A DNA stretch of 64,000 nt from Candidatus Levyibacteriota bacterium (GTDB lineage: Bacteria; Patescibacteriota; Microgenomatia; Levybacterales; UBA12049). Location: contig JAUSEW010000029.1 in the NCBI GenBank assembly GCA_030651475.1, positions 21,777 to 85,776 on the forward strand. Direction: 5' to 3'. Positions 19,848 through 29,303 of this stretch are shown here, in pieces (the first letter of the stretch is position 1; every line of letters starts with the position of its first letter). The notes beneath the pieces are model-generated. The model saw only the letters and a program-made list of their open reading frames with translations. It was not told the origin of the DNA and ran no database searches. The translations under genes were made by a program, and so were the position numbers.

Positions 19848-19961
19848 ATGAAAGTTCAAGCCAGTATAAAAGCAAGATGTGCTAAATGTAAAATTCTTAA
19901 AAGAAAAGGTGTTCTAAGAGTGGTGTGTGAGAACCCTAAGCACAAACAAAGACAAGGATAA
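19848..19961 (+). CDS. rpmJ: 50S ribosomal protein L36 (not in ORF track, below length cut-off)
   Basis: translated by hand: [37 protein letters not shown]; Cx2C...Cx4H zinc ribbon. Confidence 0.9.
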   Translation: MKVQASIKARCAKCKILKRKGVLRVVCENPKHKQRQG

Positions 19962-19962
19962 T

Positions 19963-20388
19963 ATGAGAATTGCCGGATTTAATATACCTGACGAAAAAAG
20001 AGTAGACATAGCGCTTACTTATCTTTATGGTATAGGAAGAAATAATGTGGTTAGCGTTCTTGCCAAGGCTCAAGTTGATCCTACAGTAAGAGTTAAGGAT
20101 CTTTCTGAAGATGAGCAGAAGAAAATCCAGCAGGCACTAGATAAATACAAAATAGAGGGGGATTTGAGAGCGGAAGTTACATCGAACATTAAAACCCTAA
20201 AAGAAATTGGTTCCTACAGGGGACAAAGACATGCCAAAAATCTACCTGTAAGAGGACAAAGAACCAGATCTAATGCGCGAACAAAAAGAGGTAAGAGGTT
20301 AACGATTGGTGCTATCAAAAAAGAAACGGCTGTGAAGATGGGTATTGTTGATAAAGAAGCTGATTCTAAGGAGCCGGTTAAAAAATAA
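19963..20388 (+). CDS. rpsM: 30S ribosomal protein S13
   Basis: [14 protein letters not shown] start (ATG 19963 preferred over 19927); S13 consensus. Confidence 0.93.
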   Translation: MRIAGFNIPDEKRVDIALTYLYGIGRNNVVSVLAKAQVDPTVRVKDLSEDEQKKIQQALDKYKIEGDLRAEVTSNIKTLKEIGSYRGQRHAKNLPVRGQRTRSNARTKRGKRLTIGAIKKETAVKMGIVDKEADSKEPVKK

Positions 20389-20393
20389 TTTTT

Positions 20394-20795
20394 ATGGACG
20401 AACTTAAAAAAATTAAAAAAGAGGAAAAAAAGAAGAAAAATGTTTCCGTATCGAGTAGAGGCAGAATATACATAACTTCTACATTTAATAATACGTTAGT
20501 TACAATTACCAACGATAAAGGAGATACTATTGCTTGGAGTTCGGCCGGCGCTGCAGGATTTAAGGGTACCAGAAAATCAACGCCATATGCCGCAAGTTCA
20601 GCTGGAGAAGCGGTCTCCAGGAAAGCAGCAGAAAAGGGTTTAAAAACGGTTGATGTGTACGTAAAAGGTCCAGGTTCAGGCAGAGATTCTGCTCTTAGAG
20701 CGATTAAAGCAGGCGGATTATCAATATCGTCAATTTCCGATATAACGCCCATTCCCCACAACGGACCTAGGGCAAAAAAGAAAAGGAGAATATAA
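20394..20795 (+). CDS. rpsK: 30S ribosomal protein S11
   Basis: 133 aa; S11 pattern (NNT.VT.TD..G......SAG..GFKG.RKSTP.AA). Confidence 0.95.
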   Translation: MDELKKIKKEEKKKKNVSVSSRGRIYITSTFNNTLVTITNDKGDTIAWSSAGAAGFKGTRKSTPYAASSAGEAVSRKAAEKGLKTVDVYVKGPGSGRDSALRAIKAGGLSISSISDITPIPHNGPRAKKKRRI

Positions 20796-21400
20796 TGGCT
20801 AGATATATAGGACCAAAACATAAATTAGCAAGAAGAGAAGGAGTAAATATTTTAGATAAGCAATCTCCGAGTCTTTTGAGGCGTTTAAATACGCCGCCCG
20901 GAATGCATGTGGTAAGGGGAAAAAAGCGAATGTCTGAATATGGAGAACAGCTTAGAGAAAAACAAAAAGCAAAAGCAGTATACGGACTTTTGGAGAAACA
21001 ATTCAAGAGTTTAGTAAGAACCGTAGAAAAGAAAAAAGGAGAAACAGGAGAGATGCTTATTCAGCTTTTGGAAACAAGATTGGATAATATCGTATACAGA
21101 TTGGGTTTTGCGAAAACAAGAGCACAGGCTCGTCAATTTGTTTCCCACAAACACATACTCGTTAACGGTAAAAAAATTAATATTCCCTCTTTCCCGATAA
21201 AAATAGATGACGTTATTTCACTTGTCCCAGCCATACAGAATAATCCGCAAGTTGTAGCTCTGACTAAGGAAAAAAATGAGAATCTTTTACCTTTCTTAAA
21301 AAGAGAAGCCTTAGTTGGGAAACTTATAAGAATGCCAAAGAGAGAAGATCTAGTATTTCCGTTCGATTTGCAACAGATTATTGAATATTATTCAAGATAG
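20795..21400 (+). CDS. rpsD: 30S ribosomal protein S4
   Basis: 201 aa; [16 protein letters not shown]. Confidence 0.95.
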   Translation: MARYIGPKHKLARREGVNILDKQSPSLLRRLNTPPGMHVVRGKKRMSEYGEQLREKQKAKAVYGLLEKQFKSLVRTVEKKKGETGEMLIQLLETRLDNIVYRLGFAKTRAQARQFVSHKHILVNGKKINIPSFPIKIDDVISLVPAIQNNPQVVALTKEKNENLLPFLKREALVGKLIRMPKREDLVFPFDLQQIIEYYSR

Positions 21401-22337
21401 TGGTACAATACACTTTATGTTAAATCCTAAGTTTACAGTGAAAGAAGAAAAGGCCAGCGCAGAGTATACAGAGTTTATTATTGAGCCTTTAGATCCTGGT
21501 TATGGGCAAACATTGGGAAATGCGTTGAGACGCGTACTTCTTACTTCTATCCCTGGAGCAGCGGTTACATCCGTTAGGATTTCCGGAGTAAAGCATAGAT
21601 TTTCTACAGTTCCGGGCCTCAAAGAAAATATAGTTGATCTTTTGCTTAACATTAAAGGTCTCAATATCCGTTTGCTCAATTCGAAAACATCCAGCACGAT
21701 CAAGCTTTCAGTTAAAGGGCAAAAAAAGATATTGGCGCAAGATCTGGATCTTTCGGAGGACGTTGAAGTTGTAGATAAAAATCACTATATAGGATCTCTA
21801 AGCGACAAAAAGGCAAAATTGGAGATAGAGCTAACAGTTGAAAGAGGTATGGGTTATTCATTGGCTACTGAAAGAAAAATTGCGACTGTTGGCGTAATCC
21901 CAACAGATGCCGTCTTTAGTCCTGTTAAAAGAGTCAGTTATGAAATTCAAGCGACCAGGGTTGGCAGACAAACAGATTTAGATAAGTTAATTCTTAAAGT
22001 TTGGACCAATGGCGTAATTACTCCTCGTGAAGCATTAGATGAAGCCGCAAGAATCGCATCATCTTACTTTCTGCAAATTTATGAACCAAAAACTTTCGTA
22101 AGTTCAGAAAGCTCTTCCTCCAGTGCAGTTTCCGATAGTCTTTTAAAACTTACGGTAGATGAACTTGATTTGCCAACTAGAATCTACAATAGTCTTAGAA
22201 ACGGAGAAATAGAAACAATAGGGCAACTATTAGAGAAATCAAAAAAAGACTTAATGTCAATGAGAAATATGGGAATAAAATCTATAGCAGCAATAGAAGC
22301 AAAACTTAAAGAAAAAGGCGTATCGTTAACGGTTTAA
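21381..22337 (+). CDS. rpoA: DNA-directed RNA polymerase subunit alpha
   Basis: 318 aa; N-terminal dimerisation domain and C-terminal domain pattern (VDELDLPTRIYNSL). Confidence 0.93.
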   Translation: MNIIQDSGTIHFMLNPKFTVKEEKASAEYTEFIIEPLDPGYGQTLGNALRRVLLTSIPGAAVTSVRISGVKHRFSTVPGLKENIVDLLLNIKGLNIRLLNSKTSSTIKLSVKGQKKILAQDLDLSEDVEVVDKNHYIGSLSDKKAKLEIELTVERGMGYSLATERKIATVGVIPTDAVFSPVKRVSYEIQATRVGRQTDLDKLILKVWTNGVITPREALDEAARIASSYFLQIYEPKTFVSSESSSSSAVSDSLLKLTVDELDLPTRIYNSLRNGEIETIGQLLEKSKKDLMSMRNMGIKSIAAIEAKLKEKGVSLTV

Positions 22338-22452
22338 GACGCTCGGGGGTCCTGTCAGAAGTTTCCCTCCCGCCAGTGCTCCTGAAGCTTCGCTCAGATG
22401 CGCGCTGTCGGGAACCTTTCCACTTCTGCCACCCCTTTAGTTTTTAATTCAT
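22338..22452 (+). other. GC-rich, highly self-complementary intergenic element between rpoA and rplQ
   Basis: about 105 nt of markedly higher GC than surroundings; long imperfect pairing GGGGTCCTGTCAGAAG.../...CTTCTGCCACCCC with nested inner stems. Confidence 0.5.
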
Positions 22453-22950
22453 ATGAAAAAAAATGTTTTCGGAAGACAATTTAAAAGAGACAAAAATCAA
22501 AGAACTGCTTTGTTTAAAGGCTTAATGTCAGCGTTAATTATAAATGGCAGAATAAAAACAACGCAAGAAAAAGCAAAAGCGATTAAGGGAGATATAGAAA
22601 AATTAGTAACCAAATCCAAAAAAGGCGAGGCTTCGAGAAGGCTCTTGCAAAAAGTTTTGGCCCCAAATTTAGTAGACAAGTTGATAAAAGAAATAGGGCC
22701 AAGATTTTCTAAAAGACCGGGAGGATACACGAGGATTATAAGAATCGGACGAAGAGTATCTGATAATGCGTCAACGGTTTTCATAGAATGGGTGGAAGGG
22801 GAAACAGTAAGAATAGAAAAGCCCGTGCTCCAAATAAGTGAGCCAAAAAAGAAGGAAGTCACAAGGGAAGTTGAAAGTAAAAAATCCCAGCCAAAGGCTG
22901 GTCGTCCAAAGGATGGAAAAACAATAGTTAAAAAGGAGTCTAAAAAATAA
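22453..22950 (+). CDS. rplQ: 50S ribosomal protein L17 with Lys-rich C-terminal extension
   Basis: 165 aa; L17 core and operon position. Confidence 0.9.
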   Translation: MKKNVFGRQFKRDKNQRTALFKGLMSALIINGRIKTTQEKAKAIKGDIEKLVTKSKKGEASRRLLQKVLAPNLVDKLIKEIGPRFSKRPGGYTRIIRIGRRVSDNASTVFIEWVEGETVRIEKPVLQISEPKKKEVTREVESKKSQPKAGRPKDGKTIVKKESKK

Positions 22951-23393
22951 TGAGAAAAGATACCCAAGCAACAAAAGCAACGGATATAAAAAGAGTGTGG
23001 CATTTAATCGATCTTAAAGGACAAACCTTGGGAAGAATTTGCAGTAAGATCGCCAATCTTTTAATGGGTAAATCAAAGCCATACTTCATAAGAAATTTGG
23101 ATTGCGGAGATTACGTAGTGGCAATAAATGCGAAAGAAGTAAAAGCTACGGGTAACAAAGAGCTATTAAAAAAATATTATTATTATTCCGGTTATCCTGG
23201 CGGTTTGAGAACAGAAACCCTTGAGAATTTAAGAGATAAAAACCCTAAGGAAATTATCCGCCATGCGGTATCGGGAATGTTGCCGCAGAATAGATTAAGA
23301 GATAGAATGTTTACCAGATTGTTTATTTTTCCAGATGCCAACCATTCATACAAAGACAAATTTTCGGCCAAAGGCCGATCAGCCTCTGGCTGA
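22950..23393 (+). CDS. rplM: 50S ribosomal protein L13
   Basis: 147 aa; WHLIDLKGQTLGR. Confidence 0.93.
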   Translation: MRKDTQATKATDIKRVWHLIDLKGQTLGRICSKIANLLMGKSKPYFIRNLDCGDYVVAINAKEVKATGNKELLKKYYYYSGYPGGLRTETLENLRDKNPKEIIRHAVSGMLPQNRLRDRMFTRLFIFPDANHSYKDKFSAKGRSASG

Positions 23394-23399
23394 AATAAT

Positions 23400-23861
23400 A
23401 TGGAGGATAAAAAAATAATAGAACCAAAAGTTGATAAAAAGGATTATATCTTCGCAGTTGGCAGACGTAAGGAGGCCATAGCCGGAGTGCGTTTTCATAA
23501 AAAAGATAAAGTTTCGTGGGGGGATATAACGGTAAACAAAGGAGAAATATTTGTTAATAAAATGCCGGCAGAAAAATATTTCGGAAGCCAAGCTGTAAAT
23601 GTATATAGCGAGCCATTGCGTCTTGCTAATATGGAGAATAAGTTTGCCATAACGGTTATTGTCAGAGGCGGAGGAAAATTTGGACAATTGGATGCTATGG
23701 TTTTGGGTATAGCAAGAGCGTTAAATCAATTAGACAGAGATAAATTTCGTCCGGCTCTTAAAAAACAGGGATTTCTTACTCGGGATTCCAGAACTAGGGA
23801 ACGTAGGAAAGTGGGAATGGGCGGTAAAGCAAGAAGAAGAAAACAAAGTCCTAAGAGGTAA
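23400..23861 (+). CDS. rpsI: 30S ribosomal protein S9
   Basis: 153 aa; C-terminal GGKARRRKQSPKR. Confidence 0.93.
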   Translation: MEDKKIIEPKVDKKDYIFAVGRRKEAIAGVRFHKKDKVSWGDITVNKGEIFVNKMPAEKYFGSQAVNVYSEPLRLANMENKFAITVIVRGGGKFGQLDAMVLGIARALNQLDRDKFRPALKKQGFLTRDSRTRERRKVGMGGKARRRKQSPKR

Positions 23862-24456
23862 ACTTTTTATAAAGTTTTATAAATTCTTCATTTTTTGACA
23901 AGAGTTTAGTTTCTTGCTCGCACCAGACAGAATAAGTACCGGGTTTTTGTTCGATTTCCCTTAAGAACTCCTGCCATTTTATCCATCTTACCCTCTCTAC
24001 CTCGCCGCGATTTAATAAAGGTTTTTTATCGCTAAACGCAATAAGGACAGGACAGATCTCATTTTCAACAATACCATTCATTTCTGCTTTGTAAGAAAAG
24101 TCGGGTAAAATTTCAAATAACTTATCTATCTTAATCCCCAATTCAAAATTTAATCTTCTCTTAGCAGCATCTATATTTGATTCATTAAGCATTGGGTGTC
24201 CGCAGACGGAATTTGACCAAACCAGAGGCCACGTCTTTTTCTTACCGCTTCGTTGCTGAAGAAGTAATTGTCCCTTAGAATTGAAAAGAAAAACGGAAAA
24301 TGCCCTATGTAAAGGAGTATTACTGTTATGTGTTGCTAATTTCGGAGCAATCCCCAATACGTTATTATTTTTATCAACTAAAACTACATAATCTTCTACT
24401 TTTTCCATAATGCAAACAAAAAACTTATCAGTAAGTAGATTAACAAAATCTGCCAA
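23851..24456 (-). CDS. idi: isopentenyl-diphosphate delta-isomerase type 1 (Nudix)
   Basis: HRAFSVFLFNSKGQLLLQQRSGKKKTWPLVWSNSVCGHP matches IDI-1 signature; true start possibly internal Met (MEKVEDYVV). Confidence 0.85.
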   Translation of the reverse strand: MADFVNLLTDKFFVCIMEKVEDYVVLVDKNNNVLGIAPKLATHNSNTPLHRAFSVFLFNSKGQLLLQQRSGKKKTWPLVWSNSVCGHPMLNESNIDAAKRRLNFELGIKIDKLFEILPDFSYKAEMNGIVENEICPVLIAFSDKKPLLNRGEVERVRWIKWQEFLREIEQKPGTYSVWCEQETKLLSKNEEFIKLYKKFTS

Positions 24457-24728
24457 AGCATAACTGAAATGAAAACAGTGCTAAGAAATAGAGAGATAGC
24501 TTCTCTTTTTAATCCATACGTATTTATCAGAACAGACCCAATTCTCCCAAACATAAATAAAATAATAAGCCCAACGAAGGGAGAGAAAATTACAGGTAAA
24601 AGGACAGGACGTCTTGTAACTTGCCTTATGGTTATAAATGGGTGAAATATAAGACCAATAAGAGTTTTTGTAAAAATGTACGCGCTAAAAATTAAAAATG
24701 TACTTTTTTTCATAGTCCTTCGATACAT
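24396..24728 (-). CDS. small integral membrane protein
   Basis: 110 aa, three hydrophobic segments. Confidence 0.35.
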   Translation of the reverse strand: MYRRTMKKSTFLIFSAYIFTKTLIGLIFHPFITIRQVTRRPVLLPVIFSPFVGLIILFMFGRIGSVLINTYGLKREAISLFLSTVFISVMLWQILLIYLLISFLFALWKK

Positions 24729-24781
24729 TCGATAAACTCAGTATCGCACTGAGCGAAGTCGAATGTGCGACAAGCTCAGGA

Positions 24782-25009
24782 TTATAACTTTCCAAAAATT
24801 TTCAAAATAAATTCACTGTAATTTTTCCCCAAAATGAAATGCAGGATTAAAGTAAAAATAATAGAAAGGGGAATTAAGATTCGCCAAGGATGATTTCCTA
24901 GCCAAGAACTTACGGAAAGAAATACTTTAGGCAGAAACATGCTCCTTAAAATTTTCTCCTGCTCTTGCGCCCTTTCTTCCAAAGTCTTAAGGAATTCGTG
25001 TTCGTTCAT
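24782..25009 (-). CDS. small membrane protein immediately downstream of ECF sigma factor (candidate anti-sigma factor)
   Basis: 75 aa, one TM segment; 4-bp overlap with sigma gene. Confidence 0.35.
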   Translation of the reverse strand: MNEHEFLKTLEERAQEQEKILRSMFLPKVFLSVSSWLGNHPWRILIPLSIIFTLILHFILGKNYSEFILKIFGKL

Positions 25010-25575
25010 GGTTCGACTTCGCTCACCATCTTCGATACTTCTGCACGGTCATAGGCGAGCTTAAAGCTTTGCCGAGCTCTAAAAAGAAGAGATTCGGCAG
25101 CTTTAAATGATAACTTTAATTTTACGGCAAGTTCTTTTACCGGAACTTGATCTTCGTAGTGTAGCTTGAGAACTTTTTGGTAGCTAATTGATAGACTCTG
25201 AAGAGATAATTCAATTCTGTCACGGATTTTATTTTTTTCAAACTGGAACTCCGGTTGATTTATTTCAGCTGCGGCAATTTGCAGAAAAGGCATTTGAGAT
25301 AAAAGTATGGATTTAATTTTCTGTTTGCGATAAAAATCAACGGTTTTATTATGGGCGATTCCATAAAGCCAAGCCAAAACGCTTTCATGCCTTCTTAGCA
25401 AAGATAACGAATCAATTGCTTCCAAGAAAACATCATTTGTTAATTCTTGAGCATCTTCGTGTCTCGCAAGCCTTTTTAAAAAATAGGATAAAATTTTTGG
25501 AGAATAAGATTTATAAAACTCAATTACTGCCTTACTATCTCCAGAAAGAATACGTTTTATGAAAGAAAAAGACAT
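25006..25575 (-). CDS. RNA polymerase sigma-70 family, ECF-type sigma factor
   Basis: 189 aa; region 2 (DAQELTNDVFLEA, VLAWLYGIAHNKTVDFYRK) and region 4 HTH. Confidence 0.75.
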   Translation of the reverse strand: MSFSFIKRILSGDSKAVIEFYKSYSPKILSYFLKRLARHEDAQELTNDVFLEAIDSLSLLRRHESVLAWLYGIAHNKTVDFYRKQKIKSILLSQMPFLQIAAAEINQPEFQFEKNKIRDRIELSLQSLSISYQKVLKLHYEDQVPVKELAVKLKLSFKAAESLLFRARQSFKLAYDRAEVSKMVSEVEP

Positions 25576-25653
25576 AGGGAGATTATATCAGATTTTTGCT
25601 GCGAATGATTTTGGGAAATTTTACGACTAGATAGAAGGAGGTATTGACGTACT

Positions 25654-26808
25654 ATGGATTTTCGTGCTTATGTAAGTGTTGATAAGAGACGTAAGGCAGT
25701 AGAAGATAATTTAAAAGTTAACCTTTCTAATATTGGCAATTATTCCTTTGATTCAAAGCTGGCATCTTCAAGAAATTGCGAGAATATGATTGGAGCAGTT
25801 CAAATTCCATTAGGGATTGCTGGGCCTTTAAAAATAAAAAGCGATTTCTCTGAAGATGAAGTTTTTTTACCGTTAGCTACAACAGAAGGGGCTTTAGTTG
25901 CATCTGTAAATAGGGGATGTAAGGTAATTACTCTAAGCGGAGGAGTAACTGTTAATAGCCAAAGGATAGGAATAACAAGAGCTCCGGTTTTTGTGGTGAA
26001 TAATCAAAAAGAAGGTAAAAAGTTCGTAGAGTGGGTAAATTCTAGCTTTAAACTTCTTAAGCAAGTTACGGAATCCACTTCATCTCATCTGACCCTTTTA
26101 GATATAAAATCTACCTTCATGGGAAGAAATGTTTATTTAAGATTTAGATTTGATTCACAAGATGCAATGGGCATGAATATGGCAACAATTGCGTGTACCA
26201 AAGCGGCATCTTTTATAGAAAAAGAAACAAAAGCGCGATTAGTGGCGATTTCCGGGAATATGTGTGTTGATAAAAAGCCTAGTTTATTAAATTTTATTGA
26301 AGGAAGAGGGTATTCCGTTTCAGCTGACATATTAATCCCACGAAAAATTGTAGAATCTACGTTAAAGTCTAAAACAGAAAGTATCGTCGAAGTCGCGCAG
26401 CGCAAGCTAATGTACGGGTCTTTACTTTCGGGCAGTGTTGGGGCAAATGCTCACTATGCAAATATTTTATCAGCTATGTTTATAGCGACTGGACAAGACG
26501 CAGCGCATGTGGCAGAATGTTCTGTAGGTATAACAACAGCGGAAGAAATAAAGGGTGATCTCTATGTCTCAATATATCTACCCGATCTCGTGGTAGGAAC
26601 AGTTGGCGGAGGAACATCTCTTGAAACCCAAAAAGAAGCATTATCAATTATGGGAATTAGTGGTGGCAATAATGGAAAAAATGCAAGAAAATTAGCAGAA
26701 ATTATTGGAGGAGCTGTGCTCGCAGGAGAGATTTCCTTATTAGCATCTTTAGCGGATAATTCTTTAGCATCAGCTCATCGGAAATTAGGGAGGGGAGAAA
26801 AAATATAA
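25654..26808 (+). CDS. hmgA: 3-hydroxy-3-methylglutaryl-CoA reductase (class-I-like catalytic domain)
   Basis: 384 aa; ENMIG, DAMGMNM, GTVGGGT signatures. Confidence 0.9.
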   Translation: MDFRAYVSVDKRRKAVEDNLKVNLSNIGNYSFDSKLASSRNCENMIGAVQIPLGIAGPLKIKSDFSEDEVFLPLATTEGALVASVNRGCKVITLSGGVTVNSQRIGITRAPVFVVNNQKEGKKFVEWVNSSFKLLKQVTESTSSHLTLLDIKSTFMGRNVYLRFRFDSQDAMGMNMATIACTKAASFIEKETKARLVAISGNMCVDKKPSLLNFIEGRGYSVSADILIPRKIVESTLKSKTESIVEVAQRKLMYGSLLSGSVGANAHYANILSAMFIATGQDAAHVAECSVGITTAEEIKGDLYVSIYLPDLVVGTVGGGTSLETQKEALSIMGISGGNNGKNARKLAEIIGGAVLAGEISLLASLADNSLASAHRKLGRGEKI

Positions 26809-26812
26809 AATT

Positions 26813-27850
26813 ATGACAGGAATTGTTGGATACGGAACCTATATTCCGAAATATCGTCTTAGACTTTCTGAAATTGCCAAGGTGTGGGGAAAGGATACGG
26901 CCGAAATAGAAAATGGACTGCGTATTTCTGAAAAAGCTGTTCCTGGTTTTGATGAAGATGCCGTAACTATGGGAGTGGAAGCATCAAAAAAAGCCATTGC
27001 TATGGCAGGTATTAATCCTTCTTCTCTGCAAAGCGTATATTTTGGTTCAGAAAGTCATCCTTACGCTGTTAATCCTTCTTCAACAACACTTGGAGAATAT
27101 TTGGGTATAGGAAATAATTATTTTGCGGCAGATTTGGAGTTTGCCTGCAAAGCCGCTACAGCCGGCATGCAGATAACAGTGGGATTAATAGATAGCAAAA
27201 ATATAAAATATGGTTTGGTTGTGGGAAGTGACACTGCTCAAGGTAAACCTCACGATGCGTTAGAATATACAGCAGCGAGTGCCGCATGCGCGTACATTTT
27301 GGGGAATAAGGAAACAGAAATTATTGCAAAAATTCTGGAAATGTCATCCTTCTCATCCGACACTCCTGATTTCTGGAGAAGGGATGGAGCCAAATATCCA
27401 TCCCATTTTGGAAGATTTACTGGCGAACCGGCGTATTTTACTCACATAATTCAAGAGGGGAAAAATTTACTTGCAAAAAGCAAACTTAAGCCTGAAGATT
27501 TTGACTACTGTGTTTTTCATATGCCTAACGGTAAATTTCCAAGAGTTGTTGCTAAAAAACTTGGATTTACCTCCGGGCAACTAGCACAATCTCTTATAGT
27601 TGATAAAATTGGCAATCCGTATTCAGCATCTGCATTGATGGGATTAGCAAGCGTCCTAGATATTGCAAAACCAAAACAAAAAATATTCTTTGTTTCTTAC
27701 GGATCGGGTGCAGGATCAGATGGTTTCATATTTGAAACTACGAGTAGAATTTTACAAAAACAAAAAAAGATAATTACAGTCTCAAAGCAAATGGAAGATA
27801 AGATTTATATTTCCTATCCAACTTATTTAAGACAAACACACGTCATATGA
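26813..27850 (+). CDS. hydroxymethylglutaryl-CoA synthase (archaeal / short type)
   Basis: 345 aa; thiolase-fold HMGCS pattern, N-terminal GIVGYGTYIPKYRL. Confidence 0.85.
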   Translation: MTGIVGYGTYIPKYRLRLSEIAKVWGKDTAEIENGLRISEKAVPGFDEDAVTMGVEASKKAIAMAGINPSSLQSVYFGSESHPYAVNPSSTTLGEYLGIGNNYFAADLEFACKAATAGMQITVGLIDSKNIKYGLVVGSDTAQGKPHDALEYTAASAACAYILGNKETEIIAKILEMSSFSSDTPDFWRRDGAKYPSHFGRFTGEPAYFTHIIQEGKNLLAKSKLKPEDFDYCVFHMPNGKFPRVVAKKLGFTSGQLAQSLIVDKIGNPYSASALMGLASVLDIAKPKQKIFFVSYGSGAGSDGFIFETTSRILQKQKKIITVSKQMEDKIYISYPTYLRQTHVI

Positions 27851-28995
27851 AAATAAATATATTGGGAACTCATGCAACGAAATTTGGAGAGTTATGGAAT
27901 ATATCTCCGCGTGCATTAGCAAGGGAGGCAATGGAAAATGCATTAAATGCATCCGGCTTGAAAGCATCTGATATAGACGCTTTATATGTAGGGAATATGT
28001 TGTCCGGAATTTTGGGTAATCAAGCGAATTTAGGATCCTTGCTCGTTGAAGAGCTGGGTGTTCAAGTTCCCGCTTTTAGAATAGAAGGCGCTTGCGCTTC
28101 AGGAGGTTTAGCTTTGCATAACGCGATTAACAGTCTTAAAGCGGGGCAATATAAAACAGTTTTGGTTTTAGGTATAGAAAAAATGACAGATCATAGTCAA
28201 GATGAGATTACAAATGCTTTAATGTCTGCGGGATCGGACGAAGAGCGTTTGGCTGGTGCAACATTTCCCGGAGTATATGCGCTAATGGCCCAAGCCTATA
28301 TGCAGCAATATAAAGTAAGCGAAGAAGATTTGGCTTGCGTTTCCGTAAAAAACCATTATCATGGAACGCTAAATCCCAAAGCTCAATTCCAATTTCCCAT
28401 AACCATAGCCGATGTTATGAGAAGCGCAAAGATTGCTGATCCGCTCAAACTTCTAGATTGTTCTCCGATTTCAGATGGGGCTGCGGCAGTTGTTATTACC
28501 AGCGAAAATATTCTTAAAAAAAATAAGAAACCCATACAGATTATTGCAAGCGAAGTAGCCACAGACACGCTTAGTCTTCATGACAGAAAATCTTTTACCA
28601 GTTTGAGTGCCGTTGTTGAAGCATCTACGAAAGCGTATGGAAAAGCAGGATTAAAACCTTCGGATATTGATGTTGCTGAAATTCATGATTGTTTTTCAAT
28701 TTCAGAGGCGATTGCAACAGAAGATTTAGGTTTTTCTAAAAAGGGCGAAGGTGCAAGGGATATTGCCAAAGGCAAGAGAACGCTTTTTAAAGGGGATATT
28801 ATTTGTAATCCATCGGGAGGACTAAAAGCCTGCGGTCATCCTGTTGGAGCAACAGGCATAAAGCAGATAGTCGAGCTTACGGAACAGCTTAGAGGAGAAG
28901 CTGGGAAACGTCAGGTTGAAAAAGCAAGGATTGGTTTGGCTCACAATGTCGGGGGAAGCGGTACGATAGCGGCAATTCATATTTTACAAAAATAG
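27847..28995 (+). CDS. acetyl-CoA C-acetyltransferase (archaeal-type thiolase)
   Basis: 382 aa; thiolase pattern with active-site Cys (EGACASGG), HDCFSI, NPSGG. Confidence 0.85.
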   Translation: MKINILGTHATKFGELWNISPRALAREAMENALNASGLKASDIDALYVGNMLSGILGNQANLGSLLVEELGVQVPAFRIEGACASGGLALHNAINSLKAGQYKTVLVLGIEKMTDHSQDEITNALMSAGSDEERLAGATFPGVYALMAQAYMQQYKVSEEDLACVSVKNHYHGTLNPKAQFQFPITIADVMRSAKIADPLKLLDCSPISDGAAAVVITSENILKKNKKPIQIIASEVATDTLSLHDRKSFTSLSAVVEASTKAYGKAGLKPSDIDVAEIHDCFSISEAIATEDLGFSKKGEGARDIAKGKRTLFKGDIICNPSGGLKACGHPVGATGIKQIVELTEQLRGEAGKRQVEKARIGLAHNVGGSGTIAAIHILQK

Positions 28996-29000
28996 ATATT

Positions 29001-29303
29001 ATGATAACATCACCGGTAAAACTTTGGAGAAGGCAAAAAAATACATCAGCTCTTATAGGGAAAAAAGGGAAAATTTTGCAGTGGACAATTATTCGGGTTC
29101 CGGCTAAATCTTTTATTGATCAAGCGCCGTACCCTGTTGTAATTGTGAAAATGCAAAATGGAGAAAATATGATTGGGCAATTAGTTGACTGGCAGGAAAA
29201 AGATTTGATAGTAGGGAAAGACGTTATTGCTGTTTTGCGAAGATTGAGAACGGAAGGGAAAGAAGACGTTATCTACTACAACATTAAATTCAAGCCTCTA
29301 TGA
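29001..29303 (+). CDS. DUF35-family OB-fold protein (thiolase/HMGCS partner), lacking zinc-ribbon
   Basis: 100 aa; OB-fold pattern; no cysteines; position right after thiolase as in archaea. Confidence 0.6.
   Translation: MITSPVKLWRRQKNTSALIGKKGKILQWTIIRVPAKSFIDQAPYPVVIVKMQNGENMIGQLVDWQEKDLIVGKDVIAVLRRLRTEGKEDVIYYNIKFKPL

Noticed and set aside
22338-22452. GC-rich rpoA-rplQ spacer as a tRNA
   Set aside because: No cloverleaf with a T-arm GTTCRANYC or an anticodon loop could be drawn. Kept only as a structured element.
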